64,000 nucleotides of DNA, from the NCBI GenBank assembly GCA_964016885.1, contig OZ024766.1, positions 7,812,001-7,876,000 on the forward strand, in the 5' to 3' direction. Position 1 is the stretch's first letter. Each line of letters starts with the position of its first letter. The position numbers and the translations under genes are program-made. This DNA is from Eledone cirrhosa. Its lineage: Eukaryota. The notes beneath the pieces were generated by a model. That model saw only the letters and a program-made list of their open reading frames with translations. It made no database searches and had not been told where the DNA came from. Below, piece by piece: positions 1 through 12,692 of the stretch.

Positions 1-101
1 CTAAGTTTTTCTATAATTACCTCCTGAACGGAAGTTATATTGATTTATGTCAATAGATCAATTAATATTCCTTGTATTAAACCCAATCCCAACAGAGCAC
101 A

Positions 102-134
<33 letters not shown>

Positions 135-247
135 GTAGATGTATATATATATATAGATATATATATATATATATATGTATGTATGTGTGTATATATCTAT
201 ATAAATATATGTATATATATATATATATATAAATATATGTATATATA

Positions 248-624
248 ATGACACACGACCGTGACTTCTGGCGTCACGCAGTAATACAGAGTCCCCGACC
301 TTCCATGGGTACAAGCTGAAGCATATAGACAATATGCCCCCACACCCTCCTACCGCAAGGTGGTCGTGGAGGTGCCACGGTAAAGAAGCACCCAGCCCAC
401 ACTGTAAAGTGGACGTGTAGGCGCCACGAAAAAGCACCCAGCACTCACTGTAAATGAGGTTGGTGTTAGGAAGGGCATCCAGCTGTAGAAATCAAGCCAG
501 ATCAGTTCCTGTATGAGCAAGGCATGGTCAGCCGACCAGACACTGCCCACAACAGGACAACCCGTCTAACCCATGCTAGCGTGGAAGAACGGACGTAAAA
601 CGGTGATGATGATGATGATGATGA
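248..624 (+). mobile_element. Composite retroposon: RTE-LINE 3' end + SINE-type body + second RTE-like tail with (GAT)n
   Basis: Starts with a [13 protein letters not shown]-encoding RTE C-terminal remnant, then AAGCACCCAGC...GTTAGGAAGGGCATCCAGCTGTAGAAA. Ends ACCCGTCTAACCCATGCTAGCGTGGAAGAACGGACGTAAAACGG(TGA)n. Near-identical copies at 12693-13063 and (expanded) 7190-9760. Confidence 0.75.
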
Positions 625-684
625 TATATATATATATGTATGTGTGTATATATGTATATAAATATATGTATATATATATATAAA

Positions 685-781
<97 letters not shown>

Positions 782-829
782 ATATATATACATATATATA
801 AACGTATATATATATATATATAAGTATCT

Positions 830-1068
830 ATCATCATCATCATCATCATTTTACGTCCGCTTTTCCCTGCTTGCAAGGGTGGGACGGGAACTGATTCTGG
901 CTTGATTTCTACAGCTGGATGCCCTTCCTAACACCAACCTCGTTTACAGTGAGTGCTGGGTGCTTTTTTGCTGTGGCACCTCCACGACCACTTTGCAGTG
1001 AGTGCTGGGTGCTTTTTTGCTGTGGCACCTCCACGACCACTTTGCAGTGGAATGATAGGGACCCCAGT
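830..1068 (-). mobile_element. 5'-truncated SINE copy
   Basis: Reverse complement matches the 3' half of the full-length SINE at 6546-6940, including the (ATC)n tail. Confidence 0.8.
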
Positions 1069-1233
1069 CTATATATATATATATAGAGGTAGAACACTGG
1101 AAGGTAATATCCGCAGTGGTAGAGCACTCAGTCCATGGGACGAGTTAGGTAGAAGTGATAACACAACAACTGTTTCACCATACAAGGTGAAACAATTGTT
1201 CTCGGTATGGTGAACTAACTGTTGTGTTACCAC

Positions 1234-1304
<71 letters not shown>

Positions 1305-1329
1305 TATTTCTACCCAGTCTAGCTGTCAT

Positions 1330-2970
1330 GTAGAGATCTCCCTGTACACATAAGACATTAAGGTGTGATTTGAAGGCGATTTGGCTGCTATTTCTAGCAG
1401 GTCTATCTAAGACATTAACCCTTTAATGTTCAAACTGGCCAAAACCGGCCACAATTCTCTACCTCTTTCTGTTGAAACTGGATGTAACTGGTCACTCAAA
1501 CTGATGTTAAAGTATTGTTCTCAAAATAAATACTTTCAAAATCTCATAGATTCGATATTATGTGAGATAATTATGTGAGGTAAAGCCTTTACCATGAAAA
1601 TATAATAGTATATATAGAGTAATGTGAATGCTAAAGGGTTAAGGTGTGATCTGAGGGAGATTTGGCTGCTATTTCTAGCAAGTCTATCTAAAACATTAAG
1701 GTGTGATTTGTGGGAGATTTGGCTGCTACTTCTACCAGATCTAGCTACCATATAGAGATCTCCCTCATACATATGACAGTAGGGTGTTATTTGAGGGAGA
1801 TTTGGCTGCTATTTCTAGCAGGTCTATCTAAGACATTAAGGTGTGATCTAAGGGAGATTTGGCTGCTATTTCTAGCAGATCTAACTACCATATAGAGGTC
1901 TCCTGTATATATAAGACAGTAGGGTGTTATTTGAGGGAGATTTGGCTGTTATTTCTAGCAGATCTAGCTACCATGTAGAAGTCCCCCTGTATAAGTCAGT
2001 AGGGTGTGATTTGAGAGAGATTTGGTTGCTATTTCCAGCAGATCTAGCTACCATGTAGAGGTCTCCCTGTATACATAAGACAGTAGGGTGTTATTTGAGG
2101 GAGATTTGGCTGCCATTTCTACCAGGTCTAGTTACCATGTAGAGGTCACCCTGTATACATAAGACAGTAGGGTGTGATTTGAGGGAGATTTGGCTGCTAT
2201 TTCTACCAGATCTAGCTACCATATAGAGGTCTCCCTGTATACATAAGACAGTAGGGTGTTATTTGAGGGAGATTTGGCTGCCATTTCTACCAGGTCTAGC
2301 TACCATGTAGAGGTCACCCTGTATACATAAGACAGTAGGGTGTGATTTGAGGTAGATTTGGCTGCTATTTCTAGCAGATCTAGCTACCATGTAGAGGTCT
2401 CCCTGTATATATAAGACAGTAGGGTGTTATTTGAGGGAGATTTGGCTGCCATTTCTACCAGGTCTAGTTACCATGTAGAGGTCACCCTGTATACATAAGA
2501 CAGTAGGGTGTGATTTGAGGGAGATTTAGCTGCTATTTCTAGCAGATCTAGCTACCATGTAGAAGTCCCCCCTGTATACATAAGACAGTAGGGTGTTATT
2601 TGAGGGAGATTTAGCTGCTATTTCTAGCAGATCTAGCTACCATGTAGAAGTCCCCCCTGTATACATAAGACAGTAGGGTGTGATTTGAGGGAGATTTAGC
2701 TGCTATTTCTAGCAGATCTAGCTACCATGTAGAAGTCCCCCCTGTATACATAAGACAGTAGGGTGTTATTTGAGGGAGATTTAGCTGCTATTTCTAGCAG
2801 ATCTAGCTACCATGTAGAAGTCCCCCCTGTATACATAAGACAGTAGGGTGTTATTTGAGGGAGATTTAGCTGCTATTTCTAGCAGATCTAGCTACCATGT
2901 AGAAGTGCCCCCTGTATACATAAGACAGTAGGGTGTGATTTGAGGGAGATTTAGCTGCTATTTCTAGCAT
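1330..2970. repeat. ~84-bp minisatellite (GTAGGGTGTTATTTGAGGGAGATTTGGCTGCTATTTCTAGCAGATCTAGCTACCATGTAGAGG...)
   Basis: Direct tandem units with an 84-85 bp period (~15 copies after 1640). A single dispersed related copy lies at ~61420-61470. Confidence 0.9.
1419..1638. mobile_element. piggyBac-type MITE (220 bp) with TTAA target-site duplication
   Basis: TTAA|CCCTTTA...TAAAGGG|TTAA. Inserted exactly into the GACATTAAGGTGTG site of the surrounding repeat, whose empty version is visible in neighbouring units. Confidence 0.85.
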
Positions 2971-3089
2971 TTAGAGTTCTCTCTCTCCCTCGTTTGCGTG
3001 ACAAATAGGTGAGGAATTCCCCCTTCCCCTTCCCTGACAAGTTGACACTCCCCCTCCCCCCGCCCCCTACCCGAAGTTATTCATACCTG

Positions 3090-3093
3090 GTGG

Positions 3094-3124
<31 letters not shown>

Positions 3125-4020
3125 CAGGTGAGAAGGGAAGATGTAGCATTGAAAGTTTCTAGAGTGTTGTGGGTGGGACGAGAGGGTGGTGGGGGGTGGG
3201 GGTCAGTAGGTGGGGGTGGCGGCGGTGGGGTGAGGTGGGACAGGGGAAAATACAACAGTGGTGGTGGTGGTGGTGTAGTGGTGGTGTAGTGGTGGAGGTG
3301 GTGTAGTGGTGGTGGTGGTGGTGTGATGGTAGTGGTGGTGGTGGTGTGGTGGTGGTGGTGTAGTGGTGGGGGTGGTGTGATGGTGGTGGTGGTGTAGTGG
3401 TGGGGGTGGTGTGATGGTAGTGGTGGTGGTGGTGTGATGGTAGTGGTGGTGGTGGTGGTGTGGTGGTGGTGGTGTGGTGGTGGTGGTGTAGTGGTGGGGG
3501 TGGTGTGATGGTAGTGGTGGTGGTGTAGTGGTGGAGGTGGTGTAGTGGTGGTGGTGGTGGTGTGATGGTAGTGGTGGTGGTGTAGTGGTGGTGGTGGTGG
3601 TGTAGTGGTGTAGTGTGGTAGTGGTGGTGGTGTAGTGGTGGTGGTGTAGTGTGGTAGTGGTGGTGGTGTAGTGTGGTAGTGGTGGTGGTGTAGTAGTGGT
3701 GGTGGTGGTGGTGTAGTGTGGTAGTGGTGGTGGTGTAGTGGTGGTGGTGGTGGTGTAGTGTGGTGGTGGTGGTGTAGTAGTGTAGTGTGGTGGTGGTGGT
3801 GGTGTAGTGGTGGTGGTGGTGGTGTAGTGGTGGTGGTGGTGGTGTAGTGGTGGTGGTGGTGTAGTGGTGGTGTAGTGGTGGTGGTGGTGGTGGTGGTAGT
3901 GGCAGCAGTGGTGGTGGTGGTGGTGGTGGTGTAATGGTGTAGTGTGGTGGTGGTGTGGTGGTGGTGGTGTAGTGGTGGTGGTGGTGGTGGTGGTGTAGTG
4001 TGGTGGTGGTGGTGGGAGTA
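3090..4020. repeat. (GTT)n and (GGT/GTA)n triplet microsatellite
   Basis: Directly visible. Confidence 0.95.
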
Positions 4021-4119
4021 GTAGGAGGTGATAAAGAAGACAAGTAGTTGGAGGGGATGGGTGAGAAAGGGGAGACGTCGAATACTCTGACCGGGGGGGG
4101 GGGAAGCCTGCATGTCTTC

Positions 4120-4232
4120 ACATAAATATATATATATGTATACATATATATATGTATATATATGTATATATATGTATATATATGTATATATATGTGTGTG
4201 TATGTATGCATATGTATATATATATATATATA

Positions 4233-4305
<73 letters not shown>

Positions 4306-4438
4306 ATGCTTATATATATATATATATGTATGTATATATATATATATATATATGTGTGTGTATATATATATATATATATATGTGTGTGTATATATATATA
4401 TATATATATGTGTGTATGCTTATATATATATATATATG

Positions 4439-4483
<45 letters not shown>

Positions 4484-4536
4484 ATATATATATATGTGTG
4501 TGTGTGTGTGTATGCTTATATATATATATATGTGTG

Positions 4537-4611
<75 letters not shown>

Positions 4612-4650
4612 GTATATATATATATGTATATGTATATATATATATGTATG
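4120..4650. repeat. (TA)n/(TG)n microsatellite
   Basis: Directly visible. Similar tracts recur at ~14.1-14.6, 15.1-15.6, 19.8-20.8, 24.0-24.8, 29.1-31.0, 42.3-42.6, 50.6-51.3 and 53.4-55.0 kb. Confidence 0.95.
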
Positions 4651-4736
4651 TAAAAGGTAAACAAAAATAACAACACAATCAGTACAGTATATGGAAGGGA
4701 TATATAAGGTTAACACTTGATATAGCAGGAAGAGGG

Positions 4737-4772
4737 TCTTAACGTTTCGGACGCTAGTCCTTCATCAGAAGA
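4737..4772 (-). ncRNA. Minimal type I hammerhead ribozyme motif (Penelope-like element type)
   Basis: Minus strand UCUU-CUGAUGA-A-GGAC(UAGC)GUCC-GAAAC-GUU-AAGA: perfect stem I and stem II, intact core, palindromic ACGU in place of stem III. Confidence 0.75.
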
Positions 4773-5330
4773 AAGAAAGCGAAATAAGATAGATTGAGGG
4801 GATGGGTGGGGTGGAATTGAAAAAAATGTCTTTAGATAAAAATAACAGGTCCATACATGTTGACATCTCTTGAGTATATCTATCTATGCATATGTATGTC
4901 TATATATATATATATATATGGTGGCTGCCAACTCGTTTTCGAGTACGGCCACTACTTTATATCAATGTAGGAGAACCCCTACCGATGCGCTGAACGAGTG
5001 TGACTTTTTAGTCCAGCCAGCGACTTGAAAACTCTGGTACAAAGACTACACTTGTGACCATTATTGACACATAGTGCAGGGCCCATGGTACCATGTGATG
5101 ACAAGTGCAGAGAGATCTCCAGATATAAAGCAATGCCTGTGCCGTGAAGCTTTTATAGTGAGCAAAGGCACTGCACAAAGCCAGTCCCACTCTCTTAACC
5201 ATGATGATATTTACCAAAAAGAAGAACAAGTCAACATCATTGGATACCATCAGGGTTGCAGGTGTTATATCAGAGTTTTCCTTCTCCTAGAATTCTGCCT
5301 TGACAAAGGCTAAGGGGTCATCTCTCCCGC

Positions 5331-5449
<119 letters not shown>

Positions 5450-5699
5450 TACATATGCATAGATATATATATATATATATATAGATATAGATATATATAT
5501 ATATATATATTTGTGTATATATGTGTGACGTGACTGTTAATATTTAAATTTGTGCGTATAGCCATATTTCGTTCTCATTGCTCACCCACCCGCCTCCACT
5601 TCTACCACGTTTGGTATACATGCCCGATGCTGTACGATAACCGCTCCCTTATGAATATATTATCGAGCAGACAAGGGGCGGACGGAGGCCCCGTAAGCC

Positions 5700-6472
5700 A
5701 TCTAGGAGAGCTACCACTTCGAATAAATTGGTGTGGGGTAGAGCAGTCCCCTAAGTCCAGTAAGACAACTTCCCTAGTGCTGGTGGCACGAACAAAAGCA
5801 CCCAGTCCATGCTGTAAAATGGTGGGGTAGAGAGGGCCCCTGAGTCCAGTAAGACAACCTCTCTAGTGCTGGTGGCACGAATAAAAGCACCCAGTCCATG
5901 CTATAAAATAGAGGGGTAAAAAGGGCCCCTGAGTCCAGTAAGACAACCTCTCTAGTGCTGGTGGCACGAATAAAGCCACCCAGTCCATGCTATGAAATAG
6001 AGGGGTAAAGAGGGCCCCTGAGTCCAGTAAGACAACCTCTCTAGTGCTGGTGGCACGAATAAAAGCACACAGTCCATGCTATAAAATAGAGGGGTAAAGA
6101 GGGCCCCTGAGTCCAGTAAGACAACCTCTCTAGTGCTGGTGGCACGAATAAAAGCACCCAGTCCATGCTATAAAATAGAGGGGTAAAGAGGGCCCCTGAG
6201 TCCAGTAAGACAACCTCTCTAGTGCTGGTGGCACGAATAAAAGCACCCAGTCCATGCTATAAAATAGAGGGGTAAAGAGGGCCCCTGAGTCCAGTAAGAC
6301 AACCTCTCTAGTGCTGGTGGCACGAATAAAAGCACCCAGTCCATGCTATAAAATAGAGGGGTAAAGAGGGCCCCTGAGTCCAGTAAGACAACCTCTCTAG
6401 TGCTGGTGGCACGAATAAAAGCACCCAGTCCATGCTGTAAAGTGGTGCTGGTGTTAGGAAGGGCATCCAACC
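5700..6472 (+). mobile_element. SINE-related element with internal 89-bp tandem array (~8 copies)
   Basis: 89-bp period. Ends in the GTGTTAGGAAGGGCATCC domain. A less-amplified related copy lies at ~12038-12260. Confidence 0.75.
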
Positions 6473-6545
6473 AGTATATATACTACTGCCAAAAACTATG
6501 GACACATATATGTATGAATATATATGTTATGTATATATATATATA

Positions 6546-6940
6546 TATCATCATCATCATCATTTCATTTTACGTCCGCTTTTTCCCTGCTTGCAAGGGT
6601 GGGACGGGAACAGATTCTGGCTTGATTTCTACAGCTGGATGCCCTTCCTAACACCAACCTCATTTACAGTGAGTGCTGGCTGCTTTTTTTCGGTGGCGCC
6701 TCCACGTCCACTTTACAGTGAGTGCTGGGTGCTTTTTTGCCGTGGCACCTCCACGACCACTTTGCAGTGGAATGATAGGGACCTCAGTCCTTATCATCTC
6801 ATTTCTACAGCTGAGTAAACTGGAGCAATGTGAAATAAAGTGTCTTGCTCAAGGAAACAACACATCACCCGGTCTGAGAATTGAACTCACAACCTTTCGA
6901 TTACAAGGCCAATGCTCTAACCACTAAGCCATGTGCCTCC
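6546..6940 (-). mobile_element. Full-length tRNA-derived CORE-like SINE with RTE-type 3' tail
   Basis: On the minus strand: A box TGGCTTAGTGG, B box GAGTTCAATTC, CORE-like CCTTGAGCAAGACACTT, tail CCCGTCCCACCCTTGCAAGCAGGGAAAAAGCGGACGTAAAA(TGA)n matching the LINE end at 11333-11400. Confidence 0.85.
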
Positions 6941-6967
6941 ATATATATATGCCGAGAATATATATAT

Positions 6968-9760
6968 AAATCCAGTGAACGACAAAGCATAAATGAATTG
7001 AGAGAGAGACTGAGCATAAGAGGAATCAAATGCTGTGTGCAGGAGAGGCGGTTGCGCTGGTATGGACATGTGATGCGTATGAAGGATGACAGCTGCATAA
7101 AAAGGTGCAGAGCACTAGAAGTTGATGGAAACCGCGGAGTGGGGAGACCCAAGATGACCTGGGATGAGGTGATAAAAGCCGACCTTACCCAATTACACCT
7201 CTGGCGTCACGCAGTAATACAGAGTACCCGACCTCCCATGGGTACAAGCTGAAGCATATAGACAATATGCCCCCACGCCCCCCACCACAAAGTGGTCGTG
7301 GAGGTGCCACGGCAAAAAAGCACCCAGCCCACACTGTAAAGTGGTCGTGTAGGCGCCACGAAAAAGCACCCAGCCCACACTGTAAAGTGGACGTGTAGGC
7401 GCCACGAAAAAGCACCCAGCCCACACTGTAAAGTGGTCGTGTAGGCGCCACGAAAAAGCACCCAGCCCACACTGTAAAGTGGTCGTGTAGGCGCCACGAA
7501 AAAGCACCCAGCCCACACTGTAAAGTGGTCGTGTAGGCGCAACGAAAAAGCACCCACACTGTAAAGTGGTCGTGTAGGCGCCACGAAAAAGCACCCAGCC
7601 CACACTGTAAAGTGGTCGTGTAGGCGCAACGAAAAAGCACCCACACTGTAAAGTGGTCATGTAGGCGCCACGAAAAAGCACCCACACTGTAAGGTGGTCG
7701 TGTAGGCGCAATGAAAAAGCACCCACACTGTAAAGTGGTCATGTAGGCGCCACGAAAAAGCACCCAGCCCACACTGTAAAGTGGTCGTGTAGGCGCCACG
7801 AAAAAGCACCCAGCCCACACTGTAAAGTGGTCGTGTAGGCGCCACGAAAAAGCACCCACACTGTAAGGTGGTCGTGTAGGCGCCACGAAAAAGCACCCAG
7901 CCCACACTGTAAAGTGGTCATGTAGGCGCCACGAAAAAGCACCCAGCCCACACTGTAAAGTGGTCGTGTAGGCGCAACAAAAAAGCACCCACACTGTAAA
8001 GTGGTCATGTAGGCGCCACGAAAAAGCACCCAGCCCACACTGTAAAGTGGTCGTGTAGGCGCCACGAAAAAGCACCCAGCCCACACTGTAAAGTGGTCGT
8101 GTAGGCGCCACGAAAAAGCACCCAGCACTCACTGTAAAGTGGTCGTGTAGGCGCCACGAAAAAGCACCCAGCCCACACTGTTAAGTGGTCGTGTAGGCGC
8201 CACGAAAAAGCACCCAGCGCACACTGTAAAGTGGTCTTGTAGGCGCCACGAAAAAGCACCCAGCCCACACTGTAAAGTGGTCGTGTAGGCGCCACGAAAA
8301 AGCACCCAGCCCACACTGTAAAGTGGTCGTGTAGGCGCAACGAAAAAGCACCCACACTGTAAAGTGGTCATGTAGGCGCCACGAAAAAGCACCCAGCCCA
8401 CACTGTAAAGTGGTCGTGTAGGCGCCACGAAAAAGCACCCAGCCCACACTGTAAAGTGGTCGTGTAGGCGCCACAAAAAAGCACCCAGCACTCACTGTAA
8501 AGTGGTCGTGTAGGCGCCACGAAAAAGCACCCAGCCCACACTGTTAAGTGGTCGTGTAGGCGCCACGAAAAAGCACCCAGCCCACACTGTAAAGTGGTCG
8601 TGTAGGCGCCACGAAAAAGCACCCAGCCCACACTGTAAAGTGGTCGTGTAGGCGCCACGAAAAAGCACCCAGCCCACACTGTAAAGTGGTCGTGTAGGCG
8701 CCACGAAAAAGCACCCAGCCCACACTGTAAAGTGGTCGTGTAGGCGCCACGAAAAAGCACCCAGCCCACACTGTAAAGTGGTCGTGTAGGCGCCACGAAA
8801 AAGCACCCACACTGTAAGGTGGTCGTGTAGGCACAACGAAAAAGCACCCACACTGTAAAGTGGTCATGTAGGCGCCACGAAAAAGCACCCAGCCCACACT
8901 GTAAAGTGGTCGTGTAGGCGCCACGAAAAAGCACCCAGCCCACACTGTAAAGTGGTCGTGTAGGCGCCACGAAAAAGCACCCAGCACTCACTGTAAAGTG
9001 GTCGTGTAGGCGCCACGAAAAAGCACCCAGCACTCACTGTAAAGTGGATGTGTAGGCGCCACGAAAAAGCACCCAGCCCACACTGTAAAGTGGACGTGTA
9101 GGCGCCACGAAAAAGCACCCAGCCCACACTGTAAAGTGGACGTGTAGGCGCCACGAAAAAGCACCCAGCCCACACTGTAAAGTGGACGTGTAGGCGCCAC
9201 GAAAAAGCACCCAGCACTCACTGTAAAGTGGTCGTGTAGGCGCCACGAAAAAGCACCCAGCCCAGACTGTAAAGTGGTCGTGTAGGCGCCACGAAAAAGC
9301 ACCCAGCCCACACTGTAAAGTGGACGTGGAGGCGCCACGAAAAAGCACCCAGCCCACACTGTAAAGTGGTCGTGTAGGGGCCACGAAAAAGCACCCAGCC
9401 CACACTGTAAAGTGGTCGTGGAGGCGCCACGAAAAAGCACCCAGCCTACACTGTAAAGTGGACGTGTAGGGGCCACGAAAAAGCACCCAGCCCACACTGT
9501 AAAGTGGACGTGTAGGGGCCACGAAAAAGCACCCAGCCCACACTGTAAAGTGGACGTGGAGGTGCCACGGCAAAAAAGCACCCAGCACTCACTGTAAATG
9601 AGGTTGGTGTTAGGAAGGGCATCCAGCTGTAGAAATCAAGCTAGAATCAGTTCCCGTATGAGCAAGGCATGGTCAGCCGACCAGACACTGCCGACAACAG
9701 GACAACCCGTCTAACCCATGCTAGCGTGGAAGAACGGACGTAAAACGGTGATGATGATGA
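6968..9760 (+). mobile_element. RTE-LINE 3' fragment fused to SINE-type body carrying a 46/42-bp tandem array (~50 copies)
   Basis: 6968-7250 encodes ERRLRWYGHVMRM...RGVGRPKMTW (RTE ORF C-terminus). 7300-9590 is an array of CACACTGTAAAGTGGTCGTGTAGGCGCCACGAAAAAGCACCCAGCC. The 3' end is the same as in 248-624. Confidence 0.85.
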
Positions 9761-10079
9761 GTCAGGTTTGATCAACACACAGATCGCACCTCAAGCTGTC
9801 TGCCAGAGAAACAATTGTAATACGTAATAAATTGTGTTTTGATGCATCACTGATTCTTCATTTTCCATATTATCCATATCATCATACTCTGCTCCGTAAG
9901 AGCATAGAGTGCTCAACCGGCATACCACCTAGGGACGCATCCTAGCAACCATACGACATATATATATATATATGTTCCCCAGTGAATTAACAACCCAACC
10001 AGGAACTGGGCATATCAGAGTATTGACAATATCATACACCTAAACAACATATGTACTTGTCTATACCACACTAATTCAA

Positions 10080-10134
10080 ACTGCCTGAAGAGGTCACAGC
10101 CAAAGATGGCTGTCACTGAAATATATATAGCAGT
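10080..10134 (+). ncRNA. Type I hammerhead ribozyme motif (Penelope-like)
   Basis: ACUGC-CUGAAGA-stem II (ACAGCCA/UGGCUGU)-GAAAU-AUAU-AUA-GCAGU, followed immediately by AATAAA. Confidence 0.7.
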
Positions 10135-10469
10135 AATAAACGAAGCTAAATTTTAATCATTTGACTTTTATTTAACTTTATTTTACACTACTCCGGAGTA
10201 ACCAAACCAACCTGCGCACTTCGTCGAGTGCTCCAGCCTGCATACTGAGGTGTTGGTATACAACCAACATAAACTCAAAATCTATATATATATATATATA
10301 TGCTTTGGACTATATTTGTAATATGGTTCTAAATGTTATTTAGTGATTTTTATTATATATTTTTATTATATATTTTTACCCATAATCTTGCAATACTTTA
10401 GTGTATGTACACTCCATATTCTTCGGAGTTTCCGGCTTGTATTGGCCGATAATACTTCTTGTTGTTTTA

Positions 10470-10514
10470 ATTGCCCTGATGAGTCCTTAATAGGACGAAA
10501 CATTGTTGGCTAAT
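10470..10514 (+). ncRNA. Type I hammerhead ribozyme motif (Penelope-like)
   Basis: GCC-CUGAUGA-GUCCU(UAAU)AGGAC-GAAAC-AUU-GUU-GGC, followed by AATAAA. Confidence 0.75.
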
Positions 10515-10557
10515 AAAGACTTTTGATGTATTGAAGGCTTCTTTGTTTTACTTTCAT

Positions 10558-10591
<34 letters not shown>

Positions 10592-10889
10592 CATTGCAAA
10601 TAATATGATGTAGCTTCTATTTAGAGGTTATTGTTCAACTAAAGTTTCCAATTAGGCAACAAGATTTTCTAAGAGGTAGAGCTCTTTAGACTTAATGACA
10701 TTAACTTAATAAGTCATTGCTAATTGACGTAATTACTCACACACTTAATGTCAATAAACAGAAAAGCTTTAATTAATTGCCACACTACCTGTGTATAATG
10801 AATTAATGTGATACCTGTAATTAAAGCAATGAATTGGTAAAGTCGTTAGACCAACACAATGACCAGGTAAAAATCCTTTCTCGTATTTC

Positions 10890-11138
10890 GTCGTGGCTGT
10901 CTGCTTTTTCTCTGTTGTCTTCTGAGTTCAAATCCTGCCAAGGTTAGCTTCGCCTTTCATCTACAGGGTGAAGGCGCATGGCTTAGTGGTTAGAGCATTG
11001 GGCTTGCAATTGAAAGGTTGTGAGTTCAATTCTCAGACCGGGTGATGTGTTGTTTCCTTGAGCAAGACACTTTATTTCACATTGCTCCAGTTTATTCAGC
11101 TGTAGAAATGAGATGATAGGACTGGGGTCCCTATCATT
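10890..11138 (+). mobile_element. Two abutting SINE 5' heads
   Basis: B box GAGTTCAAATCC...GCCTTTCATC (same family as 13195 and 29718), followed by the CORE-like SINE head GGCGCATGGCTTAGTGG at ~10971-11138. Confidence 0.7.
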
Positions 11139-11332
11139 AAATTACCCAAGAGACCTCCAACGAGATATACCTTGGAGGAGGCCAGCTAAACCTGCATAGG
11201 TGGGAGCCAGCTAAACCGGCAAAGGTGATTGAAAAGTAACTCCCTATTTTTAAATCTATAGTATAATAAAGTAAGGAGTGGTGGACTGTGTCCAGAATAT
11301 ATTTTTTTATCTCGTTTGTAAAATAAGTTGGA

Positions 11333-11930
11333 TTATCATCATCATCATCATCATCATCATTTTACGTCCGCTTTTCCCTGCTTGCAAGGGTGGGACGGGT
11401 CTTATTCAGCACAGCATCTCTCCACTCGTCACGGTCCTTCGTCATCTTCACCGTGAGCTTCAATGATCTGAGGTCTGTTCTCACCACCTCCGCCCATGTT
11501 TTTCGTGGTCTACCTCTACCACGTCTTCCTTCAACTGGCATTTCCTGGCACTTCTTCACCCATCGATCATCCTCCATGCGCATCACATGTCCATACCACC
11601 TCAGTCTCCTCTCCCGTACACTACATTCTATCCCTCTCAGACACAGTTTCTCTCTCAACACATCACATGTCCATATCACCTCAGTCTCCTCTCCCGTACA
11701 CTACATTCTATCCCTCTCAGACACAGTTTCTCTCTCAACACATCACATGTCCATACCACCGCAGTCTCCTCTCCCGTACACTACATTCTATCCCTCTCAG
11801 ACACAGTTTCTCTCTCAACACATTTATGCTGGGTCGTTCACGCACATTTACACTGCACATCCAATGGAGTATGCTTGCCTCATTTCTCTCCAGCCGTCGC
11901 ATATCCTCTGCAGTTGCTGCCCATTACTTT
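11333..11930 (-). mobile_element. RTE-clade LINE 3' fragment with internal 80-bp triplication
   Basis: Encodes RERRLRWYGHVMRMEDDRWVKKC...GRRGRGRPRKTW...[23 protein letters not shown] then (GAT)n. An 80-bp unit repeats at 11581, 11661 and 11741. Confidence 0.9.
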
Positions 11931-12259
11931 GAATAAATAATGAATGAATATTACATAATTTATCTACTAAATTTCGTTATTCTCGATTAAATATAAATAA
12001 TTTTGTGGCTTATTTAAAGATTCACTTCTTTAAAATGTCTAGGAGAGCTACCACTCTGAATAAATTGGTGCAGGGTGGAGAAGTCCCCTAAGTCCAGTAA
12101 GACGACTTCCCTAGTGCTGGTGGCATGAATAAAAGCATCCGGTCCATGCTATAAAATGGAGGCAATGGTAGTAGCATTCAGCTATTAAAACCCATACCTA
12201 ACTATGGGAGGGAGAGGGCTCCCGAGTCCAGTAAGACAACCTCTCTAGTGCTGGTGGCA

Positions 12260-12678
12260 TGATTTGATAATTTTATTTATGATTTGATAATTCTGTTTAT
12301 GATTTGATAATTATATTTATGATTTGATAATTCTGTTTATGATCTGATAATTTTGTTTATGATCTGATAATTCTATTTATGATTTGATAATTCTATTTAT
12401 GATTTGATAATTCGGTTTATGATTTGATAACTCTGTTTATGATCTGATAATTCTGTTTATGATCTGATAATTCTATTTATGATTTGATAATTCTATTTAT
12501 GATTTGATAATTCGGTTTATGATTTGATAATTATGTTTATGATTTGATTATTCTATTTATGATTTGATAATTCTATTTATGATTTGATCATTCTGTTTAT
12601 GATTTGATCATTTTGTTTATGATTTGATTATTCTGTTTATGATTTGATAATTCTATTTATGATTTGATAATTCTATTT
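12260..12678. repeat. 20-bp minisatellite (ATGATTTGATAATTCTATTT)n, ~21 copies
   Basis: Direct tandem repeat. Confidence 0.95.
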
Positions 12679-12692
12679 TTTATATCAAAGTC

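Noticed and set aside
3087-3158. Possible minus-strand exon (CTAG acceptor, CAG|GTATGA donor)
   Set aside because: Half of it is (CAA)n and the acceptor is weak; no partner exon is supportable.
7300-9590. CRISPR-like regular arrays (also 32330-35360 and 42600-45560)
   Set aside because: Units are contiguous with no unique spacers, there are no cas genes, the context is eukaryotic, and the units derive from SINE segments.
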